Program-made: the position numbers and the translations under genes
Notes under the pieces: generated by a model
Databases searched by the model: none
What the model saw: only the letters and a program-made list of their open reading frames with translations
Told to the model about the DNA's origin: nothing
Shown here: positions 49,101-61,342 of the stretch, in pieces
Layout: every line of letters starts with the position of its first letter
Numbering within the stretch: position 1 is the stretch's first letter
NCBI GenBank assembly: GCA_965153285.1
Contig: OZ229114.1
From: Podarcis tiliguerta
Taxonomy: Eukaryota
Length of the DNA: 64,000 bases
Strand: one strand, 5' to 3'

Positions 49101-50499
49101 ACTAACATAGATTCATGAAATCCAGCATTTAGTCAACCTGCAATGGGAAACAATTCAGCCCAGCAGGTTAACCATCTTAGTAGGTACTGGACCCTGGCTT
49201 CTCCTTCAAGTGCTAGTGTTGAGCTGCCCATTCATGAGAGATCTTGAGAATAGGATCAAGTAATTAATGATTGTCAGTATTGTTCCCTGATACTTCCAGC
49301 TTCTGCCATGTTAATTCCACCCCCCCCCCCATTCATTACAGAACGAAATGATCAGATTTGCTTAACCTGCATGATATGTTGTGGTTTTTGCTACTAAAGC
49401 TCTACTTTTCACAGTGCTGTAGTCAGCACTGTATTATTCTCAGTGCAATGCATGGCAGATGGAATCTACACGATATGTTTCACGGCACTGAGAACGTTGT
49501 CTTCTTATTCATCTTATTATGTCAACCTGACTTTTCCAAATGATGATCATGTGCTACTGATGACAGTTTCAATGATTTACCGCAATAATCCTCGAAGTAA
49601 TTTCGTAAAACCTATGCACCAGAAACATCAACTCTCAATTCAGCCTTGCTGAACACTAAATACTGATTTCCTCAAAGATCCCATAATACTTGATCAAATT
49701 AAGAGTGGCATTAGAAACTCCACAGAATTTAATGACTTGCCTGCATCTCCTGTGGGAAACAATTAACGCAAACTCCCATGACACATATATTTCCTTAATA
49801 CACCCCTGGAGAGAAAATGATCGCACTGATGTCTACTCAGAACTTCACAGAAGTACAAATTAAATTCTTGGAGAAGATCTGCAGGCTTGCTTAGTCCTCT
49901 GACATGCTCCATGAACTTGCTGCCATTGCAGGAGGCTTAATAGCCTTTTGATTAAAACAATGGATTATTTACTCCAGCTATGTATGCAACATGACTATAA
50001 AGAGAGCAATGAAGCGAGTGGAGTGTTGAGCTTATACAAACAGAAAGGTGATATTTCACAAGAGGGAGACAATCAAATAATTAATGGCGATAACAAAGTG
50101 TTAGAGATTGGCAAATGGCTCAGTGGGAACATATTGTGATAAGTTAAAGACTTATCAGAGTGATGTTGATACTGCATACTCCCAAAACAATATAAATGTT
50201 TTGGCTCAAGCTGAATGCAAAGTCCCTGTGACTATGAAGCATGAGTCTGCACTTGTAGTGTGTATGCTTATTAGTAAGCTTCTTTCTTTCTTTCTTTTCA
50301 AGTTTGCTCAAGCAGGAACTCCAAATTTGCCTTAGAGCAGGAGAGTTCTTTAGTATCTGGGGAGATTTCTTTAGTAACTGTAAATTTCATTAGATGCATG
50401 AAATCCATTGGAGAAATTTGACTGATCTTACTACTAGCCTTTTGGCTTATTCCAAAAATTCTCAGATGGTTCTCCATAGGAAGAATGGCAAATTTTGCT

Positions 50500-51258
50500 T
50501 TGTGTGGAAAGGCCCCATGACCACCCTGTTCCCTAAAATGCAAATAACCAGACAAGACATGGCATATTGGGTTTTGGGATCAATTAAGGCCACAACTTTA
50601 TTGGTTTGATCATAGACATAGAGGTAAGCAACTGTGCATGTCACTCCCACCCGTCCAGTGGGAGTGTTTCCAAGGGTGAAGCCAGGGGTACCATATGACC
50701 TATGGCGAATCAGGGTGTTCCCCCAAGTGGTCCCCACTGGAGCAGTGGTATGGCCCTAGCCCCCATCTGGGTGGACAGAGCCACTCCTCCCAGATCCTTT
50801 TAACAGGATAACCTTTCTCATGGAGGGGTAGGTGGAGGCTACAACCTTCCCTCCAACCAAGACTAGGTTTACCCGATGCCAATCTGCCTTACAAAGTTGT
50901 GATGATTGCTACAAGGTAGGTGGAAACCCAGATGGCAGAGCCAATTTGCCAGATGGGAAAAAATCCTGCCTGACCCCTTAATCCAGCGACTGACATTGTT
51001 TGTAGCTAGGATGTACCATCTGCAGAAAAAAACCCAAACAAACCCTGAACTAAGGGAAGGTGGGTAGGAGAACCAGTGCAGCGAGCATGAGGCCGAAAGG
51101 TACCGCAGCCCAGATATTTTATCTTCCTCTGGAAGATGGGCAGCACACCCAGGGGAATGCTCCCTGAATTCCTGCCGCCATTGGACCAATCAGTGTCAGG
51201 AAGACAATCCGGCCTGCTATAGGCCAATTCACAGGGGAGACCCGGTGCCTGCCCGCAA
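50500..51258 (-). mobile_element. TSD-less TTGCG...CACAA element, copy C
   Basis: Forward starts ttgtgtggaaaggccccatg (compare ttgcgtaccaaggccccatg of copy B) and ends gcccgcaa; minus-strand caataaagttgtggcc and the U-rich loop motif. Confidence 0.75.
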
Positions 51259-51853
51259 AGCCTGAGAAGGGCAAATGGACTTAGACAAAATTCAGCGTTG
51301 CATCTTGTGTATTGGAGTGTGGCACCACATGCTGAAGGCACAGTGAACCTGTCAATATTTAGATCTTCAGCAACGCATTGTTGATTATGTCCTTTAGCTC
51401 AGAAACCCCTCATTTTTCTATAAAGCAAAGAATCCCAGCATTCTAGAAGAAGGAGAAGAAACCTATACATTGCACAAGAATCTGACCTGTTGCACAATGT
51501 AGACTTGACTGAAAGAATAGGCCATGACAAACAGGAAAAATAGACCACTGCAAATTTCCTTGAAAGATCCTTTCCCTAACCCTAACTCATATATTCTAGT
51601 GCATAATATAGTCACACTAGTTTCAATGGTGGTAACATTTTACCACTATAGCACCTGCTTTTATGTCTATACACAAGTTATTCACAACACTGACAGCTAA
51701 TTTCAGCTTTGAGGAAGAAATATTTTTAACTGAGTTTCGCTATTGATCTTACCTTAGCAATTGAACTCAGCTTTTAGTTACAGAAGTATGATCAAACTTG
51801 GTTAAAAAACATTTCTTCATATACCATGGTCTCTCTCTTCCCACCCCTAAAAC

Positions 51854-51999
51854 TTAGAATCACAAAGTTGGAAGGGACCACAAGGGTCATCTAGGGGTCC
51901 GTCTCCCCTGCAAGGCAGGAATCTTTTGCTAAATGTGGGGCTCGAACCCACAACCCTGCAATTAAGAGTCTCATTTTCTACCAACTGAGCTATGTAAGT
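51854..51999 (-). mobile_element. tRNA-Lys(CTT)-derived SINE with CR1 3' tail (P.s.1/SINE-like)
   Basis: Minus strand tagctcagttggtagaaaatgagactcttaattgcagggttgtgggttcgagccccac closely matches tRNA-Lys-CTT and is fused to gattcctgc...gatgacccttgtggtcccttccaactttgtgattcta (CR1 tail). Confidence 0.9.
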
Positions 52000-52070
52000 C
52001 CTAGCTTCAAGATACAGAACTTCTGTATCTTCAAAAGAAACATTTGTTTATTGAGGAAAGCTAAAATAAA

Positions 52071-52853
52071 TCGCGTCCTCCCTAAAAGAGGGCATGTGTT
52101 ATGGTGAGATCTGGAGACTGACCTCTTGGTTGTGGGTGGGTCCATTGGATAGCCACAACACCTGATTGGTAGGTCCCTCGATGCTAGGTTTTAATCTGGC
52201 CAATGGGGTTGCAGTCTAAACAGATCGAGGCACCTATATAAACCCATGCACATGACCCAAAGCTTCCTCTTTCGGCTTGTGCATCGGAACACCTGCCCAC
52301 CTCTCCCTAATTTTAGGGCCTTTTGCAATTGACCTTGCTATGCCATCGTGTGTTGTCTGTCGTTGGAACAGGGCAGGGCAGGAATTTTCCCACTTGGCTG
52401 ATTGGCTGTTGCCATTTGGGTTTTGCCTGCCACGTAGCAATTCGTCACAACTTGTAAAGTTGTGGATAGGCACTGGTTCATTTGATAGGGATGGAAGAAT
52501 GGTCTTGCCATCCCTACATGAAGGGTATTCCATTAAAGGAATCCAGGGACTCAACTTGGTTTGGCCAACCCCCGGAAAGGGGTTATGCCTGTGCCTGAAT
52601 CCAGGGGAGCATCTGGGGAGTGAATAGAGTCTGCTCCCAGGCTTTTCACCTTCCTCAGGTGTTCACCCTTGGCTGACCTATGATAGAGCTCTGGGTCAGT
52701 GCTACCTGCATGGCAGGGAGCTAGTCAAACCAGAGCCTATGCAACCACATACTTTTCTTAAGTTGTGGCATAAATTCTGCCAAAAACCAAAACTAAAATT
52801 TGAGTCATATGTGTCTTTATTTAGGAATGAGGTCTCTGGGTCTGAACATGCAA
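52071..52853 (+). mobile_element. TSD-less TCGCG...TGCAA element, copy D
   Basis: CCAAT boxes, TATATAAA at 52235, U-rich loop motif, tcgtcacaacttgtaa, aagttgtggc; AATAAA lost. Confidence 0.75.
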
Positions 52854-53001
52854 AATACACACACAAACACAATGAAGCAAAACATACGACAGTACAATTT
52901 AACGCCATGCAGACTGTGCATTATTGGGGCAGAACAAGCAATCCAGGGAACAAAACCTTGCATTAAGAATTTGTTTTGTTTTCCTCCATTAGATTTCTAG
53001 C

Positions 53002-53004
<3 letters not shown>

Positions 53005-53054
<50 letters not shown>
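53005..53054. repeat. (CT)n microsatellite
   Basis: Seen directly in the sequence. Confidence 0.95.
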
Positions 53055-53056
<2 letters not shown>

Positions 53057-54939
53057 AAAGCCTCTCCGCTTTCAAACCAGCATCTTCATTTCAGCCAGGA
53101 CAAATCTCTCAACTCTAAGCCTTGACCCAAAAATAATTGTGAAGTCCCATCTAATGTGCCTAGGAAGTGTGAAAATGAAGAGTCTGTGGTGATCTCAGAG
53201 GCAAAGCAGGATGTCATGCCCATATCTGATCATCTTTCAGCAGATGATAAATATCCTTCCCTCCCCACAAAAAGCCTAGCCTTTAATCAGTGACCTCTGT
53301 TACTTTTCATGATGTTTTGCTGAAGTTTTCATACCACTGTCTTTGGATGTTTTAACTATCATTTTAAATGATATATTATGTGGATGTTTTGTTTTGTTTT
53401 CCTCCTTGTGATGTGTTCTAGGAGTCACCAGGGCAGTTTCTGCTTTGCATACCTCCATTCTAGGCACCTGCAGAACCAGGCAGATTCAATACAGAAGATG
53501 GCAGATGAGCTTGTATTGCCTGTTCTAAATAGGGTTGCCATATTTCAAAAAGTAAAAACCAGGAGACCCTGAGAGTTGTTGAGCTACCATTTTAGTTTCC
53601 CTCAACCCCACTTGGGACCAGAGGCGCAGCATTCTGGAAAACAAAAGATGGTGGACATAGCTATCTGGAGCTTCACTTGTTAAAACGTGTCTGATAAGCT
53701 TGTAAAGGCAGCTCTTTTCAAAACAGCCTTTTTCTGTTACTAAAAGTCTCCCACTATTCCTCTGTTCAAGATACGACAGTTTTATATTATTTTTTATTGT
53801 AAGCTTGTTTCAGCTATTGTTTGAATAGATAAGCAGAGCACAAATAATAAGTGAACTATACTAACCTAAAAAGCAACAACAAAGAGCTTTGATAAGATAA
53901 GGCTAAAAAATTTCCTCAGCAGGCAAGGCGCATTGCATGTCCCTAGTGAATTCTAAATCTAGCATTTACAGGAGCACAAATTCTGTGGGTTTTGGATAGA
54001 TGGACTTGCAGACAGAGGCACAAGTTTTCTTTGTTGGTGACTAATTCTCTTACATTATTCTGCTGGCTTTTCTTTGGATACTTGCCTGTAATATCACTGT
54101 TTTTAACCTGAAAGGACTGCTTCAAGTACTCTTATTAGCATAAAATCCTCTGCTACCTGGGATTATTTGTTCAGCACTTGACTTGATTGTAATTACTGGC
54201 TATGATGCTCGTGTTTTTGATATTCTGAAAATTTCAACATTCAGAAAACGGCTACTTGCGGGTTTTTTGCAACTAATGTAATAACAAAAAAAATGTTGAT
54301 GAGTGTAAAAATCATTTTAAAGTTGGCATATACAACCTACTGACTTGAAGTCCTCTTTTTCACAACATAAATTCTTAATTTCTCTTAACAAAATCTTATA
54401 AATAATAGAAATATATATATATTGTTTTCATGTCATGGCAGCTTTGCTAAGCCAAGTGGCACAGAAGTAACCCCAAAGGATTTACCAAGGTGTCGTGCAG
54501 TTGGACCACAGCATTTTTAACAAGTTTTCAGGGAAGAGCTGCTTAAATAACACTGTTTGGAAGAGACAAATTGGCATCCTGACCAGAAGTAGAATCACCA
54601 TTGAAAACAGGACCCTTTCACTCCCATGGTAACAAGAGCAATTCCATGTAATGCCTTTTTCACTATGGACCTGAACACCACAAATCACTTGGATTATATT
54701 CACGTTATAGCAAAGAGAGTAATTGAAGATGAAAATTGCCCTGAGGTCACAAATGTTGGATCAAACGGCTGGCGAGGTGGAGGCAGAACAAGACAGAGGT
54801 GAAATGAAACAAAACATAGGGAGGAAGAGATTATCAAGCTGAAAAGCTACTCAGGGTGAGCTTGGGTGACTTCAAAAGAAACTGGCTGTATCTCCTGACA
54901 ACCTCTGGCCTACTGCTGCTACTTCTTGATCTTTACTTA

Positions 54940-55463
54940 CCGTATTTTTCACTCTATAGGATGCACCTTGTTCTAGGACCATAGGACGCACCTTGTTTTA
55001 GAGGGGGAGAACAAGAAAAAAAATTCTCCCCCTCTCTGCTCAGCGCCCCTTCAGAGAAGTGGCAGGAGAAGCGGAGCCACTTCCATTTCTCCTCTCACTT
55101 AGCTGAAGGAGCACTGCGCCTTAGCTGAAGGGGCACCTACCCTTCAGTGAAAGGAACCCAAAGCCTCTGGAGCGCAGCGGGAACTCTGGAGGCTTCAGGC
55201 GGCTATCTTTGAAGCCTGGAGAGCGAGAGGGGTCGGTGTGCACTGACCCCTCTCGCTCTCCAGATAGCCTCGGGTTCCTTTCACTGAAGCCTGGAGAGCA
55301 AGACTCTCCTGGCTTCAGCGAAAGGAACCCGAAGGCGAAAGGAACCCGAGGCTATCTGGAGAGCGAGAGGGGTCGGTGCCTGCATTCGCTCCATAAGACG
55401 TACACACATTTCCCCTTAATTTTTGGAGGGGAAAATGTGTGCCTTATAGAGCGAAAAATATGG
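54940..55463. mobile_element. pogo/Tigger-type MITE
   Basis: TA TSD; TIR ccgtatttttcactctata / tatagagcgaaaaatatgg; internal GC-rich hairpin repeats. Confidence 0.9.
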
Positions 55464-55465
55464 TA

Positions 55466-55695
55466 TCTCTTACCACATTTATACCCCACCTTTCCTCCAA
55501 GGATCTCAACAAGGCATACATGTTTCTCTCCTGGCCCAGTGCAATTTTATCATCACCAAAGCCCTTGAGGTCGGTTAGGCTGCAAGAACACAAGTGGCCC
55601 AAGGTCACCCAGTAAGCTTCATTGGTGGGTGGGGATTTAGACCCTCCTCTCCCAGTCTCCAGTCCAACACACTAATCTCCAAAACACGGGCTCTC
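55466..55695 (-). mobile_element. tRNA-derived CORE SINE (Squam3/MIR-like)
   Basis: Reverse homolog of 25421-25630 (ggcccaaggtcacccagtaagcttcat). Confidence 0.85.
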
Positions 55696-55746
55696 GTAAG
55701 AGTCTTCCTCACTGGTCTGGTCAATCTCCCTGCTCTTCCTCCAGCA

Positions 55747-55884
55747 CAGGCATAGGCAAACTCAGTCCTCCAGATGTTTTGGGACTACGACGCCCATTAT
55801 CACCCTAGCTGACAGGAACAGTGGTCAGGGATGATGGGAATTGTAGTCCCAAAACATCTGGAGGGCCGAATTTGCCGATGCGTA
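55747..55884. mobile_element. Palindromic hAT MITE
   Basis: Arms ctccagatgttttgggactac / gtagtcccaaaacatctggag; perfect 8-bp TSD ctccagca. Confidence 0.92.
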
Positions 55885-57412
55885 CTCCAGCAGATAGTAG
55901 TGCACAGGCTCAACCTCCACCTGACAACCTCACATAGGTTCAAGACCCACTTAAGTATGGATTTCTCCTCCTTAACCATAATTCTGCCCTTATAGAATTC
56001 AGGAGGGACCGAGATGTGGACAAAACTAAAATTTGTTTGCTCCTCCCATCATTGGCTTTAACTCTGCTTATCATTGGTTCTGGCTACACCTTCTGTTGAC
56101 CTACTAGTTCCTAACTAAATCCAATAAATAGAGTAAAAAACAGCAACAACCACAATAGCCAAAAAATTCCCATTGGCTAGAAGGACCAATGCTGTGACCT
56201 AGTATAAAGGTCCTGTGTTAAAACTTTAAACTTCATACAAGCTGTTTGTCCAGAGCCAACAAAATGAGGGCAATGTATAAAGCACTTTACTCTCTCTCTT
56301 TTTAAAAGCACTGTTGTCTGCCTCAAGACTTGGCCTACTGCATTTCCATTGACTTCATTAACATCTCACTCAACTTCATTGCTGTTAACTCCAGATGAGA
56401 TTGACCGACCAATATTTATGGCCTCTGTTGAATTCTTTTCACCCAGTGTTGTTGACAGGTGTTTCTCTCCACACACACACACACACACCTCTGGCAAGAA
56501 TTGATTTGTAATCATTTGAAACAAACAAACAAACAAATAGATTCACCATGACAGATTGAGTTAATGATAGGCAAGGGATTCATTTATCAATCATCAAGCC
56601 ACTAATCTAAATCTAATGTATCTCAACAGTTGTAATTACATATCATTGAGAAAGCAGTAATTCTAGCCATTGTTGTTTCCTTTTTTCCTACTATACAATG
56701 GAAAGGATGTCTGTGTGTTTAGGTAAGTGAGAAATGGTAGGCATTCATTTTGCCTATGTGAGAAATGGCAGGCATATAAAATTAAATGATATTAACATGA
56801 ATGCCTGCAGAACATGAAGAGGACCAAATGGGAAAGTACAAAAATATATTGTAGGCTGTACCAATGGAACAACGAGTGGGGAACATTATGCAATTAAGTC
56901 AATTCAAGAACTGCAAAAACCATGGCAAGGTGAAAATCAACAAGTGTTCTAACTATCAAATATGCAAGGTGTGAAACCTTTATCCCCTGGTGAGTCCCAA
57001 GCATCCTCAAAAACCTTGTGTTTCAAGGAGAGATACCTGGTGAGCCCATCACACAAGGTAGGAATTCTTTTTATCATAGGAAAACCCTCTGCATAAGGTT
57101 TCTGTGTAGTCATATTATTTGGCCCACCAATTTTTGAGGAGCTAACCTCAAAAATTCAGACTGCCCTCAGGCTATTCCCTCGTGTGTCCCAACCCTGTAA
57201 GGTAGTACTGTCCACCTGACCTTTTGCTGAACAAATCTGTTCCCTTTGGTTTCCCTCCTGCTGCCACTCTTCCTTGGAATTCCTTTTGTGTCTCTTTGAA
57301 GTTCCTGCTGTTCCCCTTATTGAGAGACTGGGCCTGGCAGGGGCGGTGGACTTTGGCGGACCTTGGTGCCTCTGCCCACATTCCTTCTGACATTCCAGCC
57401 CAGCCACACTTA

Positions 57413-57754
57413 GGCCGCATGTGCAATAAACATTTTAAGCAATGTTGTAAAACTTTAAACAGTCATGGCTTCCCCAAAATAATTCTGGGAACTGTAGTTT
57501 TTTAATCGTGCTTAGAGTTCTTAGGAGACCCCCTCTTCCTTTTACACAGGTACAATTCCCAGAGTTCCCTGTGGGGAGAGAGACTGGTTAAACTGGTTAA
57601 ACCACTCAGAGAATTGTAGCTCTGTGGGGGGAACGGGGCCCCCCTCACTATTCTCAGATCCATTAACATACTACAATTCTCAGGATTATTTGGGAGAAGC
57701 TATTACTATTTAAAGTGGTATGATACTGATTTAAATTATAGTGCAGGTGGAGCC
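57413..57754. mobile_element. Palindromic PIF/Harbinger-type MITE
   Basis: TTA TSD on both sides; TIR ggccgcatgtgcaata / tagtgcaggtggagcc; the whole element is a diverged fold-back. Confidence 0.75.
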
Positions 57755-58938
57755 TTACTCTCCCCTTATGCTGTCCTCCACTCTTACTTTCACACACCAC
57801 TTTTCTCACCTTTGTCTCCTCTTTCATCCTCAGTTATGAGAGGCTGTTGGTTCTACTTTGCTTGCTATGTTTCCCTCCATTCCTTGCTACCATCCCTCTC
57901 TCTTGGTGTACACAGCCATGCCTGTGTTTCTTTTATTGTCCCACAGTTCAGGCACATCCATGTCTTCAGTGTTCTCCCTCAATTGCCTTATGGTCGGACC
58001 CCTCTCTCCTCCTGACAAGATTGCTAGTAGCATCAGAAGATGTCGGCCCAGCTCCCACCACACCCACTCCTCACTCCAGTGTTCACGAAAGAAGAAGCAT
58101 CTGCAAAATCAGGTGATGGTTTGGCATATCCATATCCATTCCCAGATGAATCTTTGTTCTTTGTGCCTCAGACTTTCATTATTTTTAGAAAGAGCTTATT
58201 CTGGTCTCATGGCTAGCAATCCATCTTTCCCCCACCCCGCCCAAATGCTTCACCTAATGGTTTGTTGGTTTATTTTTATTTTTACCTGCCAGGTCTTTTC
58301 ATTTTGGATGTTATTTCCTCTAGGTGTTACAACCCAACACTTCTTGAAAAATTGAATCATCACATGCCTCACAAAATTTGCACATGAAATTCTGCAAGTT
58401 TCATTCTTCATAACTACATTATAAAGCAGTGTGAAAAGGTAGAGTACTATGCAGGGAACATTCCTTAGCAGACATTGAGTTTTTACCATTTAGCAACTCT
58501 CTTGCCTTTGTTCTCCCCTTTGGATCATTTTGTTAAAAGCCTACTTTTTATATTTAGTAGGTGTAAGAAAGATAATATCTCCACTTTCTGAATCCAATAT
58601 GTCCCCAAAGAATGTGTGTCTTATTGCTGCTCACTTTTCGATTCCACAAACGATGACTATTTATATTGCTCGAAGCAGGCTCTATAACTGAATTACGTTT
58701 TACAAGCTCTCTTGATAAGCACAGACCATGCAGATCAGATAAGCAAAATACATTAACTACAGGCTTGTTGAAACAAAATATTTAGAAAAGTATTTCCGTT
58801 TTATACGTCAGCTATACATTGCCACAGTTACCAGAAAAAATTCCAGCCGCATCTATGACAATGGGCTAAGATATGTTGCACAACCTCCAACATTCCTCTG
58901 ATGAAAATTGAGGTGTGTGTCTTTTGGTGCCATGTTCT

Positions 58939-58939
<1 letters not shown>

Positions 58940-58970
<31 letters not shown>

Positions 58971-59305
58971 TTATTTCTACCCCACCCATCTGGCTGTGTT
59001 TCCCCAGCCACTCTGGGCGGCTTCCAAGAAAAGATTAAAAATACATTAGAACATCAGTCATTAAAAACTTCCCTAAATGGGGCTGCCTTCACATGTCTTC
59101 TAAATGTCATATAGTTGTTGATCTCTTTGACATCTGATGGGAGGGCGTTCCACAGGGCGGGTGCCACTATCGAGAAGGCCCTCTGCTTGGTTCCATGTAA
59201 CCTCACTTCTCACAGTGATGGAACCACCAGAAGGCCCTCGGAGCTGGACCTCAGTGTCCGGGCAGAACGATAGGGGTGAAGACGCTCCTTCAGGTATACT
59301 GGGCC
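58940..59305 (-). mobile_element. L2 LINE 3' fragment with (AAT)n tail
   Basis: Homologous to 1194-1671. Confidence 0.92.
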
Positions 59306-60094
59306 TGGAGGATGCAAGGAGGATGAGCCAGCATTTGAAGCCAGGGCTGGCGCTTTTATGTCTGTTTACTCAGAAGCAAGTGCCACTCTGGCCAGAACAA
59401 AACAAATAGTTTTGATCATCCAGTCTCTTTGACCCTGCCTTATTGACTGTTACTGCATGCCTCTTTAAAACAACTGGCTGGCACAAACCACATTTCCATG
59501 CGATTGTACTCATGACATTTGTTTGTTTACATAAGATTCCAAATTCTCGGAGCACCTCAGTCTTAGAAGCAGAATAAATTGTACTGTTTTGCTTTACTGG
59601 TGCCATTTGAATCTTCTTGCTGTCGAATTTAAATGTAGAGCACACTCGAACAAACATACCTGCAACAACAAGGATGAAAAACAGTGTGTGTTTTCTTCTT
59701 CTTATGGTTGGTAGGTGTGTGTACATGTGCATATATGCATGGATTGTCCCTTCATCAGGGATCTCTATGAGCCTAACACTCATCAGTTTCTCCCCACCTA
59801 ACATTGCACGAGTTCTTCCATCACTGGCATGCAAGAAGCTCTGTGAAGTGTTGATACGATACACCCTATTAATTTAATTTGATAAATTCCTCATGCATTA
59901 GCAACCTTCAGACTGAATTAGCAAAAATGAACAGTAATACCCAGCAAAACAAGTCTACAACTGGAATTCCTTAATGTGAAAAGACTTTTGCACTCAGTAA
60001 ACATGAATGTGTGATGATGAAAGAGCTCTCATACAAGCAACCTTTCACTTCTTGTTAGCACAGCGCCATTGTTTGTGTCTTTCAGAACCCATCT

Positions 60095-60288
60095 CAGGGG
60101 TGCCAACCTGAATAAACTGTTGGGGGTGGGGGGCTTAGGTAAGCCCTGTCCCACTTAATTGATCACATGATGTAGTGCACCCACACCCTTTGAATGGCAA
60201 TGCCCATCAACTTTGGGGGGGGGCAGACCAATCAAATATTTTATTGGGGGACCAAAGCCCCCGAAGCCCATAGGAGTTGGTGCCTATG
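60095..60288. mobile_element. hAT-type MITE
   Basis: Imperfect TIR caggggtgccaac / gttggtgcctatg. Confidence 0.65.
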
Positions 60289-60375
60289 ATATATCCTGAG
60301 TCACATGGTGTATCAAGCTAAGCCACACAGTGTATCAAGCATTGAACAATGCTTCCCAGTTTTACATAAGCCGCC

Positions 60376-61091
60376 TGTCAGGGATGTGGCTGAATCAAAT
60401 GCCGGGGAAGAGTCAAACTCTCAAGACGAAGGAATGCCAGTACAGTGGTACTTCGGGTTACAGACGTTTCAGGTTACAGACTCTGCTAACCCAGAAATAG
60501 TACGTCGGGTTAAGAACTTCAGGATGAGAACATAAATCGCGCAGCAGCAGCGCGGCAGCAGCAGGAGTCACCATTAGGTAAAGTGGTTCTTCAGGTTAAG
60601 TACAGTTTCAGGTTAAGAACGGACCTCCAAAACAAATTAAGTTCTTAACCAGAGGTACCACTGTACAGAGAGAGCCAGAGTCTGACTCTGGAGATGAAAG
60701 AATGCGGAAAAAAACACCAAGAGTTCTCAGACTCGGACAGCTTGCAGGCAAGGGGAGGGGAAGAGATAGACGGCATTGAGTGGGTTGTTATGCAACCAGG
60801 AGAGAAACAGCTTCTTGAGTGCTCTTCTTTTGAGAGCGGGGGGGGGGGGGGGTCCACCCACCTTCTCCCCAAACCAAAAGAGCTGAAAGGGTTAAAATGC
60901 AATGGAAGGACTGGACTTTGGTGCCCTTCGTGCCATGACGGGGGTGGACTCTCAGAGTGAGCAACTCATAGCTAAGGGGCGGCAGTCTTGGAGTCGCTCT
61001 CTGTAATTAATTGTAGAATAAACGTACCATAAAACTGCCAGAGACTCGTTAATTCTTATCGGAGCTTGCTTGCCTGCCTGAGATCATTACA
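60376..61091 (+). mobile_element. Solo LTR (Gypsy-like), interrupted by a Tigger-like MITE
   Basis: TG...CA termini (tgtca / ttaca); 5-bp TSD ccgcc / tcgcc; AATAAA near 61017. Confidence 0.8.
60443..60663. mobile_element. Tc1/mariner (Tigger-like) MITE
   Basis: TA TSD; TIR cagtggtac / gtaccactg; homolog of 12170-12354. Confidence 0.92.
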
Positions 61092-61187
61092 TCGCCAATG
61101 GCTTCTCATTCTCTGATTCATGTGTCCATTTTCACATTTTAGATAAGGATTAAGTTGTTTTGATGAGGCTTATTGTGATTCTCTTAT

Positions 61188-61342
61188 TAGAAACACAGGA
61201 AGTTGCCTTAAGGAAAGTCATATATCATTAGTCCACCCAGTTCAGTTTTGTCTACACTAACTAGCAACGGCTAGGAGTCTCTCCCACGAGAACCACATGG
61301 AGGTGCCAGGAAACCTTCTGTACTGAAAGCAGATGCTCTACA
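61188..61342 (-). mobile_element. Old tRNA-derived SINE with CR1-like tail (Squam2-like)
   Basis: Minus strand gtagagcatctgctttc...cagaaggtt...agtgtagacaaaactgaactgggtggact...aaggcaacttcctgtgttt; tail fragment also near 56170-56220. Confidence 0.65.

Noticed and set aside
51925-51999. Functional tRNA-Lys gene
   Set aside because: Acceptor, D and anticodon stems are disrupted and it is fused to a CR1 tail, so it is a SINE head.
57129-57392. 11-bp hairpin aatttttgagg/cctcaaaaatt and a possible minus-strand LTR start (tgtcagaagg)
   Set aside because: No matching terminus or TSD found; the hairpin is low-complexity.
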